Source of the DNA: Gemmatimonadaceae bacterium
GTDB taxonomy: Bacteria; Gemmatimonadota; Gemmatimonadetes; Gemmatimonadales; Gemmatimonadaceae
Direction of reading: 5' to 3'
Assembly: GCA_045803545.1 (NCBI GenBank)
Contig: JBJMOW010000005.1
Span: 256,001 to 320,000 of the forward strand
Length of the DNA: 64,000 nt
The first letter of the stretch is position 1. Each line of letters begins with the position of its first letter. The position numbers were made by a program, and so were the translations under genes. The notes under the pieces were generated by a model. It was not told where the DNA came from and did no database searches. It worked only from the letters and a program-made list of their open reading frames with translations. This document shows, in pieces, positions 30,683 through 40,679 of this stretch.

Positions 30683-32607
30683 GCGCCGATCCTGTGCTGT
30701 TTTGCATCCACCGTGCGATCAACATAGGTCCGGCACCAAAGCTCGATGCTCATAAGGGACAGGAGTGCGTATGCCGCGTCTTTGCGGCCCGATTCATTGT
30801 CCGCTAACAGAGTGCGCACCGCCGCCGTATCAAAAAGTCCGCGATCGCGTACCGCTGTTGGCGACAGGACATCGTTTACGAGCGGCTTCAGCTCCTTGCG
30901 CATCCACGCTCGTAACGGCGCCCCAAATCCAGACTTGGATCTGTAGATGATTTCTCGAGGAAGAAGCCCTTCCATTGCTTTTCGAAGCACCCATTTGCCC
31001 GTCAGTCCACGCTGTTTCATTCTCGACGGGATTTGCGCGGCTGTCTCGACTAAGTCCAGGTCGAGAAAGGGGACCCGCACTTCGACGCCCGCGGCCATGG
31101 ACATGCGATCCGTGTACGTCAGGTTGTGATCGGTCAGGAAGAAGCGCTGCTCCAGCGCGAGCATCCGTTCGAGAGGTCCAATGGATTCGGGAAGAGGTCG
31201 AAGAAAATCCAACATCGGCGCGAGCGCGCTGCCCGCGGCAACGCGCTTTGCCATGGCTGGCGTGTATAGACCCCTAAGGTCCGACTCGCTCGCCCATAAA
31301 AAGTAATTGGCGATACGTTCGTCGCCGTTCAGATGGGCGCCGTCGAAAATCCTCCCGACTCTCCGGAAAGAAGGTCTGCGCTTGTCCAAGTTCCTCGAGG
31401 CATTCCGGATTGTTCGAATCACGGGACTCGGAAGCCAACGCCAGAAGGGTTCGTAGGCGAGAGCCGCATGCCGCCGGTAACCGGTGAAGATGTCGTCACC
31501 GCCGGCACCCGAGAGTAGAACCTTTATACCGTGCTGCCTGGCGAGTCTGCTGATGTAGAGAACGTTGAGCGCGGCAGGATCGGCGAGTGGTTCGTCGAGC
31601 TGTGTAATCATCCCCTCGATGTCATTCGCCATTGCGCCCGGCTCGACGCGAATGCTGTGAAGAGCTACTCCCAAATGCTTCGCGGCGAGCCGCGCGTACG
31701 GTAAGTCGTTGACAAACCCGTCAACGCCGTCGCCCTCGGCATCGATGGTAAAACATTCGATGTCCGATGCCGCTTCCCGTGCAAACGCGACGATGGAACT
31801 CGAGTCAAGCCCGCCGGAAAGGAATGCGCCGACCGGGACATCGGCGACCATTTGGCGCTGAACTGCAGCTCGCAATGAAGCTCGAGTTTTTTCAACGGAA
31901 GGCCGAACATCCAGCCGCGATTGAATGGGACGGAATTGCGGCAGCTGGTACCACGTCCAACGCTCCCTGATCCGTGCATCGCGCACGGTCAAGGCCTCAC
32001 CGGGTCCCAGCTTGTGAACGGACTTGAGCGGGGTCGCGTCGCCGGGGCACCACAGAAAACTGAGGTATCTGTGAAGTGCCTCGTGATCCAGTGTGCGCTC
32101 GACCGTGTAAAGCTGAAGGAGCCCTTTCAATTCGCTGGCGAAGGCAAAACCGGGGGCCGCTTCCGTATAGTAGAGAGGCTTCACGCCGAAGGCATCCCGC
32201 GCGACCAATAACGAGCGCGTTCTACCATCCCATAACGCCATGGCGAAAATTCCATTCAGCCGTGGAAGCATCTGCGCGCCGTATTCGACATACAGCTGCA
32301 ACAAGACTTCGGTGTCGGAATGACCCCTGAAGCGATATCCCTTTTGGACCAACTCCTCACGCAATTCGCGGAAATTGTAAATCTCGCCGTTGAAGACGAG
32401 AACAATTTCCTTTTGCTCACCTATCATGGGTTGGTTGCCGTTGACCGAGAGATCGATGATGGACAACCGCGTATGCGCGAGACCCACGCTTGCTCTGTGG
32501 TCAAACCAGATGCCATCCGCATCGGGGCCTCGATGCGCCTGCGCGCAGTTCGCGTGAGTCAGCTGTTCAGCGCTGAAGGCCCCGACGTAACCAATTATTC
32601 CGCACAT
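30679..32607 (-). CDS. asnB: AsnB-type glutamine amidotransferase (copy 1)
   Basis: N-terminal MCG, HRGPD, NGEIYN, SGGLDSS and SG.GGDD motifs. Confidence 0.93.
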   Translation of the reverse strand: MCGIIGYVGAFSAEQLTHANCAQAHRGPDADGIWFDHRASVGLAHTRLSIIDLSVNGNQPMIGEQKEIVLVFNGEIYNFRELREELVQKGYRFRGHSDTEVLLQLYVEYGAQMLPRLNGIFAMALWDGRTRSLLVARDAFGVKPLYYTEAAPGFAFASELKGLLQLYTVERTLDHEALHRYLSFLWCPGDATPLKSVHKLGPGEALTVRDARIRERWTWYQLPQFRPIQSRLDVRPSVEKTRASLRAAVQRQMVADVPVGAFLSGGLDSSSIVAFAREAASDIECFTIDAEGDGVDGFVNDLPYARLAAKHLGVALHSIRVEPGAMANDIEGMITQLDEPLADPAALNVLYISRLARQHGIKVLLSGAGGDDIFTGYRRHAALAYEPFWRWLPSPVIRTIRNASRNLDKRRPSFRRVGRIFDGAHLNGDERIANYFLWASESDLRGLYTPAMAKRVAAGSALAPMLDFLRPLPESIGPLERMLALEQRFFLTDHNLTYTDRMSMAAGVEVRVPFLDLDLVETAAQIPSRMKQRGLTGKWVLRKAMEGLLPREIIYRSKSGFGAPLRAWMRKELKPLVNDVLSPTAVRDRGLFDTAAVRTLLADNESGRKDAAYALLSLMSIELWCRTYVDRTVDAKQHRIGA

Positions 32608-32608
32608 A

Positions 32609-33778
32609 CTAAGCGACGGGCATCGAACGTCGACCTGAATTCACAGACCGCGCAACTTCCGCCAGAAACTCGAACGTTTCGTTGGCGCAACGCTCCCAGC
32701 AGAATTCACGGACACGGGCGTGGGACGCGGTGCTCAAACCCGCGCGCAGCTCGGGCGACGCGATCAACTTTCTCAGTGTACGCTCAATGTCGCTCACATC
32801 TTCAGGATCGAAATAAAGCCCGGTATCGCCAAGTACCTCCGGCATGGGACCGCGATTCGACGACGCAATCGGCAAACCAGAGCTCATGCCTTCGAGAAGA
32901 ATATTCGGCATGTTCTCGCAACTCGACGCGAACAGACACAAATCGGCAGACCGATAAAAGTCTCGCAACGCCGCATAGGGTACCGGCCCATGATAAATAA
33001 CGAATTGATGATGAGGATCTACACGATTTAGAGTTCGCTGCAGTCTGTTCAGCGCGGGACGGTACGCCGGACCTACCAGGTCGAGCGCGACGGGAACGCC
33101 CGCTTGTCTAAGTCGACCGACAGCCTCCGCGACGTGCCACTGATGCTTGTACTGATCGATAATGGAAACGTACAGGATGCGCAAAGGGCGTTGATGCGAA
33201 TACTCCTCTATCCGCATCTGACTCCGCGGCTCCGCGGAAAAGCTGTGATCTACTCCATGCGGAATCGTCGCTACCAATCCGCGGAGCGGCCTTACCTGCG
33301 GAGATATTGTCGACTGCGCATACCTGGTGAGAAAAATCAGGCCGTCCGCTTCACGAAACGTACGCGCCTGGATGCTGCGCAAGAGACGCAGGCGGATCCC
33401 CACAGGCGACCAACCATATCGACGCAACTCCCCCGGGACGAATGGAAGCATGTTGCGACTCATCGTGACGACGGGGCGAAATTCGCCTGCGTACGACCCT
33501 CCTGGTACCCACACTACGTGACAAGCCTGAGCGCGGGCACGAACGGACAACCGGTAGCGTTGCCAGTATGACCGAAAAGGCAGCGATCGATCGAGAAGAG
33601 GCTGGGGGGACTTGAGGAGCCAAGGTCGGTCCTCGACAGCCTCCAACGTTTCACGGCTGCCCCAGAGTACAACGTCAGAGAAGTCCCACCTCGTCGGGTC
33701 GGCCACAGCCAGCACGTCGACGAGATGGCGGCGGCCGCCGCCCGCGCGGAGGTTCGATGCGTCAATTCCGAGCCGCAT
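32609..33778 (-). CDS. GT4-family glycosyltransferase
   Basis: YKHQ and ENMPNILLEGMSSGLPI motifs. Confidence 0.88.
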   Translation of the reverse strand: MRLGIDASNLRAGGGRRHLVDVLAVADPTRWDFSDVVLWGSRETLEAVEDRPWLLKSPQPLLDRSLPFRSYWQRYRLSVRARAQACHVVWVPGGSYAGEFRPVVTMSRNMLPFVPGELRRYGWSPVGIRLRLLRSIQARTFREADGLIFLTRYAQSTISPQVRPLRGLVATIPHGVDHSFSAEPRSQMRIEEYSHQRPLRILYVSIIDQYKHQWHVAEAVGRLRQAGVPVALDLVGPAYRPALNRLQRTLNRVDPHHQFVIYHGPVPYAALRDFYRSADLCLFASSCENMPNILLEGMSSGLPIASSNRGPMPEVLGDTGLYFDPEDVSDIERTLRKLIASPELRAGLSTASHARVREFCWERCANETFEFLAEVARSVNSGRRSMPVA

Positions 33779-34760
33779 CTGGCATCAGGCCTCGACCGAC
33801 CAAGTGACCTGCGCGCAGGACCTCGATTTGGGAAAGCCCGGCTTCCTCCAACCAATGAGTCACGGTTTCGGGCGTTTGCGGGTTGTCGAAGGTCGGGGAA
33901 AACCAATCAAAGGTGTCGAGCAGTGCCCACTCGCGGTGCTGATCTTCATTCAACGGCAAAATTCCGTAATAGTTCGCGACTGGAACGAGTCTCGACAAAG
34001 AATTACCGATCAGCGGCGCGTTTCCGACAAAGCGGCTCACGCGAAGAGCAGCCGGCACGATCGACGCGAGTGTGGAAAAAAGACGTGGTTTCGGTATCCG
34101 CTTTGTAAATGGACGGAGCCAATACTTCGGCAGGAGCGCGGATTTCCACGACTTTGCGTAGAAGTCAACAGCCAGACGCCCACCACTCTTTAACGTTGGA
34201 GGAAGCGCGGCAAACGCGGCTTCGACATTCGGCGTGTGCTGCAGCACTCCCAGCGAATAAACGAAATCGAAAGAATGATGAGACAATGGCAAAGAGTAGA
34301 TGTCCGCCTGCAGCACGTGCAAGGACTTGAAGGATCGCAAATTCGCGTAACAGGCGTCCACGGCCGCGGAATAATCAATCGCTACGACGTTGGCGCCCGC
34401 AGCAAGGGCAATTTCTGCGAAGCGGCCGGCTCCGCAGCCAGCGTCGAGAATCCAGGCGCCCTCTAGCCACTCAGGCTTCCATCCTGTAGCCTTCCAAAAC
34501 CGGTCTGCGGAGACCGGAACTCCGGAATAGCTGTCAAGCTGCGTTTTTCGAAAGCGATTCCATTGCAGGCCAAAACTGTCCGCGTAGTTCGAGGGCGCCA
34601 CGAAACGAGGTACGAAATTCGTAATCGGATACCGCTTCTCACCGCTCTTCGACACGAGCCAGCCACTTCGAATTTCCTCGCCCTCGAACTCGGCATCTTT
34701 GATACGAAGCTCCTCGAGGGAGCCTGGGCAACGAAGAAGAGCAAGCAATTCAGATCGCAT
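33762..34760 (-). CDS. Class I SAM methyltransferase with Trm112-like N-terminal extension
   Basis: MRSELLALLRCP..RYPI..VPRF N-terminus, LDAGCGAG and LGVLQHTP motifs. Confidence 0.87.
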   Translation of the reverse strand: MRSELLALLRCPGSLEELRIKDAEFEGEEIRSGWLVSKSGEKRYPITNFVPRFVAPSNYADSFGLQWNRFRKTQLDSYSGVPVSADRFWKATGWKPEWLEGAWILDAGCGAGRFAEIALAAGANVVAIDYSAAVDACYANLRSFKSLHVLQADIYSLPLSHHSFDFVYSLGVLQHTPNVEAAFAALPPTLKSGGRLAVDFYAKSWKSALLPKYWLRPFTKRIPKPRLFSTLASIVPAALRVSRFVGNAPLIGNSLSRLVPVANYYGILPLNEDQHREWALLDTFDWFSPTFDNPQTPETVTHWLEEAGLSQIEVLRAGHLVGRGLMPDAARN

Positions 34761-34847
34761 TGCTTTTGAATGTCTGCATGGTTTTGCGGAATTTGTTGCG
34801 CAGAACAACTGCGACAGAGAGGAACTAACCTAACAGCGAAGCCGCGT

Positions 34848-36701
34848 TCAAACCTGAACGGAGTACGCCCGCCTCCAAAGCTCCAGGATCGCGAGGTTGA
34901 AAATTCTTTGACCGTTGGCAAGCCCACGTTGCTGGTTTCCGAGAAGCTCTTTAATCACGCGCTTCGAGTAAAGTTCTTCTGGTGCGGTAAGCACCGTATC
35001 CGCCAGGTACGCTCCCCACTCACCCTTGAACCAGGAGTCGAGTGGAATCGAAAACCCTTGCTTGCGATCGATGTCCAGCTGCGAGGGCAGCAGCCGCTTC
35101 GCAAGCTGCTTCAGTAGAATCTTCCGTTCGGTTCTTGTGGCCCGCAAACGATCAGGAACCTTGCCGAACGCGAACTCAACAACCCGGTGATCGAGAAACG
35201 GCGCTCTGACCTCGAGTGATGCGAGCATGCTGGCGCGGTCGACTTTAACGAGTATGTCCTCGGGCAGGTAGGTGACAAAATCAGCAGCAGTCATTCGCTG
35301 CAGCACAGTCGACCGTCTGCCACCCGCCCTTATTCGATACTCCTCCGGCGGCGCACCATGGAGAACGCTGGTTGCCGGTGAGAGCCGTCGTCGCGTATCA
35401 AGGTCAAAGTGCAGGGATGCGGCGATCCATGCATCATCGTCTTTCATCGCCAGAGAGGTTAGATAGCCTCTCCCGCGAATTCCTGTCGGCAGAAATCCGG
35501 CGAGAGCGCCGACGCGACGCTTGAGAAACGGCGGAATGGGACGACGCCAGCGAAGATGGCTTTGCATGCGCCGATGGTAGGTGTAACCGCCAAACAGTTC
35601 GTCGCCGGCATCACCTCCAAGTGCGACAGTGCAATTCGCCCGCACCAGTCGCGACACGAGATAGGTGGGAACCATCGAAGAATCACCGACAGGCTCGTCA
35701 TACTGGCGGGCCAGCTCCGGCAACATGTCGATGGTCGCCGGCTCGGCTGGCAGCTCCGTGTGCCGAGTGCCGAAATGCGACGCGACAAGTTTGGCGTAAG
35801 GTCCTTCGTTGTATCCGCCATGGCCGGGGAACGTAATGGTGAAAGTCCGCACCGGCGCGGATGACGCACGCGCTGCCATGGCGGTAATGAGGCTGGAGTC
35901 GACTCCACCACTCAGGAGGACGCCCACTGGCACGTCGGCGACCAGTTGCATGCGTACGGCGTCGGCCAGTAACTGATCGAGCTGCTCGACCAACTCCTCG
36001 GAACTGGCGGCGGGTTCCGTGATTCCCTCGGGAAGCGACCAGTACCTCCAGGTCGATAGACGATCCTTCTCGACCTCATACAGCAAGGCGTGGGCAGGAG
36101 GCAGTTTTTTTGCGCCCTGGAGCATGCAGAGCTCGCCTGGCACATAACCGTAAGCGAGATAATGATCGAGCGCCTCCGGATCAATGCGACGCGGAAAGTC
36201 GGTGTCGACCATCAGCGCCTTGAGCTCGGAAGCGAACGATAGCCGGCCGGCGGCGTGAGCGTAAAAGAGAGGCTTTTCGCCCGCCCTGTCCCGGGCAAGG
36301 AGCACCGTCCGTCGTTCGGCGTCGTAAAGGGCGAAAGCGAACATGCCGTTCATTCGCTTCAGGCAATCCGTACCCCACTCCGTATATGCCTTGAGCAACA
36401 CCTCAGTATCACTCGCGGACCTGAACCGATGACCGTTCTGTTCAAGCGACCGCCGCAACTCACGATAGTTGTAGATCTCGCCGTTCAGAACGACCTGAAG
36501 ACTGCCGCCCCCGTCTGCCATCGGCTGGCTGGCTGCAGCCGATAGGTCAATGATGGAAAGTCGTCGATGCCCGAGAGAGATTCTTCGATCCGAAGAACGC
36601 CATTCTCCGGTCGCATCGGGGCCGCGATGCCGCAATGTCGTGCACTGCGCACCGAGTAGATCGTGACCCGTCGTTCCCGCACTGCCAACTATGCCGCACA
36701 T
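34848..36701 (-). CDS. asnB: AsnB-type glutamine amidotransferase (copy 2)
   Basis: MCG, HRGPD, NGEIYN, SGGVDSS and KVDRASM motifs. Confidence 0.93.
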   Translation of the reverse strand: MCGIVGSAGTTGHDLLGAQCTTLRHRGPDATGEWRSSDRRISLGHRRLSIIDLSAAASQPMADGGGSLQVVLNGEIYNYRELRRSLEQNGHRFRSASDTEVLLKAYTEWGTDCLKRMNGMFAFALYDAERRTVLLARDRAGEKPLFYAHAAGRLSFASELKALMVDTDFPRRIDPEALDHYLAYGYVPGELCMLQGAKKLPPAHALLYEVEKDRLSTWRYWSLPEGITEPAASSEELVEQLDQLLADAVRMQLVADVPVGVLLSGGVDSSLITAMAARASSAPVRTFTITFPGHGGYNEGPYAKLVASHFGTRHTELPAEPATIDMLPELARQYDEPVGDSSMVPTYLVSRLVRANCTVALGGDAGDELFGGYTYHRRMQSHLRWRRPIPPFLKRRVGALAGFLPTGIRGRGYLTSLAMKDDDAWIAASLHFDLDTRRRLSPATSVLHGAPPEEYRIRAGGRRSTVLQRMTAADFVTYLPEDILVKVDRASMLASLEVRAPFLDHRVVEFAFGKVPDRLRATRTERKILLKQLAKRLLPSQLDIDRKQGFSIPLDSWFKGEWGAYLADTVLTAPEELYSKRVIKELLGNQQRGLANGQRIFNLAILELWRRAYSVQV

Positions 36702-36778
36702 GTTAATGCAGAGTCTATCGCGGGAAGCGTATGGGGTCGGCTGTGGCCGGCAAGTGTCGCAGAGGAAACAAGGTGCGG

Positions 36779-37936
36779 CTAGTACGTCGGCGTTTCGACA
36801 GACGGCTCGGAGCCGACATTCCGATATCTGGACCGAGTCACCATCCGTCTCATCGCTTTCATCGGATGTCTAATATCGCGAAGCGCCGACTGCTTCAGCT
36901 CGACGAAGTCACGTAGTTCATCCTGAGGGATGCCATCGTGTCGGGCGAAACGATCGCGCATCACCGCGATCAAACTGCTAAGGAACAGAGCGATGAGAAA
37001 AGTAAGTAACGCTTTAGTTACCAGATGCCTACTGTCTGGCTCCAGAGGGGTTTCCGGCGACTGAACGACGGTGATCACAGGAGTATCCCTAACTTCCTCG
37101 AGCTTGGCGCGCTCGTATGCCTGGGCAAGTGTCGAATAGACCTGCTGCTGAAGCGCAACCTCACGTGTCAACCGTTCTCGCTGGGCCTCGAGCTCCGCTG
37201 AGCCTAAGATGCGATTGCGCTGCAAAAAGAACTGCAGCTCGTCTTCCGCACGACGGAGGTCGCCGCGCACTTCGCCAAGGCGTCCTTCAGTGAATTTGCG
37301 TTCTGCGCTGGCCTGACTTTGACGCCGTTCGAGATTGAACGTGCTGACGGTCGCCAAAATCGTGTCGACCACCTGCCGCGAAAGATCCGCAACCGGGGTT
37401 TTTACTGAAACCGAGACCACTGACGTTCGATTGTCAAAGGTGACGACCATCGAGTGTGAAAGCTTGGTGATCGCAGCATCGCGCCGGTGTGCCCAATCAT
37501 CACCGGGCGAGCGGAAGAAATCTGCCAGAGTGCCGACGAAATCGCGGCCGTTTACTTTCGCGCGGTAATGCGCCCCAACAACACTGCCAAGAGCTTGGCG
37601 TGTTTGGGCCAGGTCAGCGTAGAAGGCGGGAGATACTCCCTGGTTTGCGCTGCCGACGTCAAGGCCTAGTTGAGCGGCCAGTCCATTCATGGCGGATGGA
37701 TTCTGCCCGCCCTGCGGAAGAAAAGATCCCGTAGCCGTGTATACTCGGGGGCTGGCCAGGCTGATCCCAATGGATACAAGAGCGGGGAGTAAGGCGAAGA
37801 TAAGCAGCGCCAGCCGATGTCGCAGCAAGATGTTGAGGAGCGCGATCAGGCTGAATTCGCCAACCGGCTCCGGAAAACTGCGCGGAGCAGCAGTCGGATG
37901 CTGGCGACGCGGCTGATTTGCGGGATTCGCAGTCAC
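36779..37936 (-). CDS. Wzz/GNVR-type polysaccharide co-polymerase (copy 2)
   Basis: EFSL..LL.IL N-terminus, two TMs, YTAT, coiled coil and Pro-rich pre-TM2 motif. Confidence 0.83.
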   Translation of the reverse strand: MTANPANQPRRQHPTAAPRSFPEPVGEFSLIALLNILLRHRLALLIFALLPALVSIGISLASPRVYTATGSFLPQGGQNPSAMNGLAAQLGLDVGSANQGVSPAFYADLAQTRQALGSVVGAHYRAKVNGRDFVGTLADFFRSPGDDWAHRRDAAITKLSHSMVVTFDNRTSVVSVSVKTPVADLSRQVVDTILATVSTFNLERRQSQASAERKFTEGRLGEVRGDLRRAEDELQFFLQRNRILGSAELEAQRERLTREVALQQQVYSTLAQAYERAKLEEVRDTPVITVVQSPETPLEPDSRHLVTKALLTFLIALFLSSLIAVMRDRFARHDGIPQDELRDFVELKQSALRDIRHPMKAMRRMVTRSRYRNVGSEPSVETPTY

Positions 37937-38008
37937 GATAGCGCTACTTGAGATAATGTGCTGTGAAGTATCCAGTCATTGTCTAATCATCCTGGCCATA
38001 CCCAAAAG

Positions 38009-39490
38009 TTAGCTGAAGTTGAACGCTGCGCCACGCGGATCTACCGAAAGATCCGGCTCGGGCGCGTTAAGGGTTCCCTGTGGGTGGCTAAGTCTCCGAA
38101 GGATATCCGAGAGTGCCGCGATCTGGATTATCATAAAAACCGGCTTGGCCACCCCATGTTGTTGCGTAAGACTCATGATCGCCCAGACTGCGAGCGCCAC
38201 CCAGAGCAAGACGCCTGCTTCGTAGCCTCTCTTCGCCGCCGCAAACGAAGCGCTCAAGCTGCGCAAGCCGATAAGCATCACAGCGGCAAATGCAAGCAGT
38301 CCGTAATCGAGAACCAGGTACAGGTACCCGCTATCCACGGCACCTTGCTGAAGCCCGCCTCCGAGAAAAAGGGAGCGCATGAGAGTGGAATTCGCCAGAC
38401 GTATCGAAACGTCCGGGCCAAGGCCGAGATAAAGCGTGTGCGGTGAGTCAAGCAAGTACGCGAAGACGTTTCGCCAAACATACATCCTGGCTTCCAGGGA
38501 TCCGGTATCACTCGTCCTCCCCAGAAGCAAAGCCGTTTGGGCGGGCGGCAACACCGCTACAACGATTGCAATCAAAGCAAACACGGCGGCGAGCGTGCCG
38601 GCTGCGCCGACGAGATAGCGACGGCGCGCCGAGCGCATAAATGGGAGAAACACTACGAGCAGGCCGATGCCAAGGGCGGCGCCAGCCGCCGCGGTGGCGT
38701 TCGCCATCGCAACAAGTGCGGCAAGGTTCACGATCAGTGCCAACACCAGTACCCGTCTCGGCGGAGTTGGCCTCGCCTCGAACATTAACTTGGCGGCGCA
38801 GATTGCGATCGTGCTTGCCAGCGGGAAAATGAAACTCGTGACGAAAAAGGAAGCACGAAACAAAAGTGACTCGCTCGTCCGCATCGACGCCGCATGCGCA
38901 CGCGCCTCCGATGACGCTCCGAGAATGAGCACGTCTCCCTGAAGATAGGAAACTATCACCAGTACGCTGGAGAGCGTCGCCGCGGCCAGCCAGGCCTTCA
39001 CCACCGCGTCGACGTCAGCGGAATCGTGCACGGCGTATTGAGTCACCAGGTAGAGAAGAATGAATTCGGCGATCCCGACGACGGTTGGCAGCGCTGCAAT
39101 CATGTCGAGCGAGAAGAGCCAGCTGACGGCCACAAATACCATCAGCAGTCCGAGCAACCACGCGTCGCGTCCAAGCCGTACCGGGAAAAACCAACCCTCG
39201 CGGACCACGAACGAAAGGGCAAGAGCCGCGAGGTAGATGTCTCCCAAGTGAATGAGCAGCGAGCCGGGCAGGCTTATCGTCGCGATTGGACCGAGCAACG
39301 CGGTCGCCGGCAATAGACTTATTGCCGTTATCGGACGTCGAATTGAAATGCCCGCAAGGACTATAACTGCACTCAGCATCCAGGTTACCGCGCTGCCCTG
39401 GTGCAGAAGAAACGCTACAACGAGCAGCACGAGGGCCACCCAGGCTGCTGTTGCCGCCCTCTCACCGCGTGATGTGGGCACAGTCGTCAA
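38009..39490 (-). CDS. O-antigen ligase / Wzy polymerase-family protein (copy 2)
   Basis: Polytopic; SLEARMYVW, GLG and DSGYL..LDYGLL Wzy_C-like motifs. Confidence 0.8.
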   Translation of the reverse strand: MTTVPTSRGERAATAAWVALVLLVVAFLLHQGSAVTWMLSAVIVLAGISIRRPITAISLLPATALLGPIATISLPGSLLIHLGDIYLAALALSFVVREGWFFPVRLGRDAWLLGLLMVFVAVSWLFSLDMIAALPTVVGIAEFILLYLVTQYAVHDSADVDAVVKAWLAAATLSSVLVIVSYLQGDVLILGASSEARAHAASMRTSESLLFRASFFVTSFIFPLASTIAICAAKLMFEARPTPPRRVLVLALIVNLAALVAMANATAAAGAALGIGLLVVFLPFMRSARRRYLVGAAGTLAAVFALIAIVVAVLPPAQTALLLGRTSDTGSLEARMYVWRNVFAYLLDSPHTLYLGLGPDVSIRLANSTLMRSLFLGGGLQQGAVDSGYLYLVLDYGLLAFAAVMLIGLRSLSASFAAAKRGYEAGVLLWVALAVWAIMSLTQQHGVAKPVFMIIQIAALSDILRRLSHPQGTLNAPEPDLSVDPRGAAFNFS

Positions 39491-40677
39491 GAAGAGGACC
39501 GCTTAAGCAACTGCCTTGCCTGCCTGCGATAGCGAGCGTTGTCCAGCCATCCACTGGCTCTGCGTGCACCGCCCACGAGCAGCCTCGTCAGTCTTTGCAT
39601 CGGTCGGAGAATCGGAGCCACACTCGCGTGTGCGAGGCGGCGACGTCGTGTTTCGTGCTCGTGCACCCTAAGACTGGGGACGACATCAATGCGCCGTTTC
39701 GCCCCCATACCAAGCCTCTCGACTGCCGCTATCAACCGATTAAAAACCGCGACCTCGTTATACTCTTTCAACGCCCGCTTCCACCCCGCAAGTGCCCTTT
39801 CCCGCCGCTCAGCATCGTGGACGAGGTAGTAGCGACAGAGATCGATCGCCTCGTCAATCGTGTCATACCCAACTGCCTCGCTGCCAAGATCGTAGATCCC
39901 GGCCAGGTAGCGCTTGTTATCGCATATCTGCAGAACACCGTTAGCCGGCAAATAATACGTCCGAAAGTTTATGGGTCCAGTCGAGTTGTGGATATTGATC
40001 CCGATCTTCGTCCGTTGAAGCAGCGGAATACGCTTAGCTTCCGAAAGAAAGCCGTTGGGCCAGCCGCGCCCGTAGTATGCGCCCTGTGGAAAGGCGAGAG
40101 CAAACCTGTCGACTTTCGCTCGTCGGTAAGAGGTAATCCGCTCGCAAAGGAGCGCCACATCCACGTCCCTCTCTCGCCCGACGATGCCCTCATCGGTCAT
40201 CGTCGGATCGAAATCATCCGCGCGAAAACCGATCGGCCACCATTCGACGTGACGCACGCCCCAACTTTTGTAAGTCGCCACCTCGGCGATATTGCCAATC
40301 ATGCAGAGATCGTGGTGCGCGGCGACCGGTCGCGATGCGGCCGAGGCTTCGGGATCATCGTTGAAGCTTAGGACGGTTATAACCGGGAGTTGAGCCAGAA
40401 AATCCGGATGTAGGTTGAGAGCCCCGGCATTTATCAGTACATCGGCCGTTTCGACTGCTCTAGCGACGCGCTCATAGAGGGACATCAAAGCGGGGTCGCC
40501 CCGGCGCCATCGGCTGTCCAACTCCTTAAAGGGCAGGCGCCGTCCGGGCACTGGCAACCCAAGTTGGATCGAATTTACATCGATACCTGCCCGCCGCAGC
40601 CGTTCGAGCCATGACTCGATCCACGCTACTCCGAATTCAGATGCCGGCAAATAACAATGCCCATACAAAATTCGCAT
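39487..40677 (-). CDS. Glycosyltransferase (CgeB/Glyco_trans_1_2-like)
   Basis: YGRGW, TKIGINIH and NFRTY..PANG motifs. Confidence 0.75.
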   Translation of the reverse strand: MRILYGHCYLPASEFGVAWIESWLERLRRAGIDVNSIQLGLPVPGRRLPFKELDSRWRRGDPALMSLYERVARAVETADVLINAGALNLHPDFLAQLPVITVLSFNDDPEASAASRPVAAHHDLCMIGNIAEVATYKSWGVRHVEWWPIGFRADDFDPTMTDEGIVGRERDVDVALLCERITSYRRAKVDRFALAFPQGAYYGRGWPNGFLSEAKRIPLLQRTKIGINIHNSTGPINFRTYYLPANGVLQICDNKRYLAGIYDLGSEAVGYDTIDEAIDLCRYYLVHDAERRERALAGWKRALKEYNEVAVFNRLIAAVERLGMGAKRRIDVVPSLRVHEHETRRRRLAHASVAPILRPMQRLTRLLVGGARRASGWLDNARYRRQARQLLKRSSS

Positions 40678-40679
40678 CG

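Noticed and set aside
37950..37959. GAGATAATGT shared with 62568-62577
   Set aside because: Only two copies of a 10-mer; insufficient for a regulatory motif.
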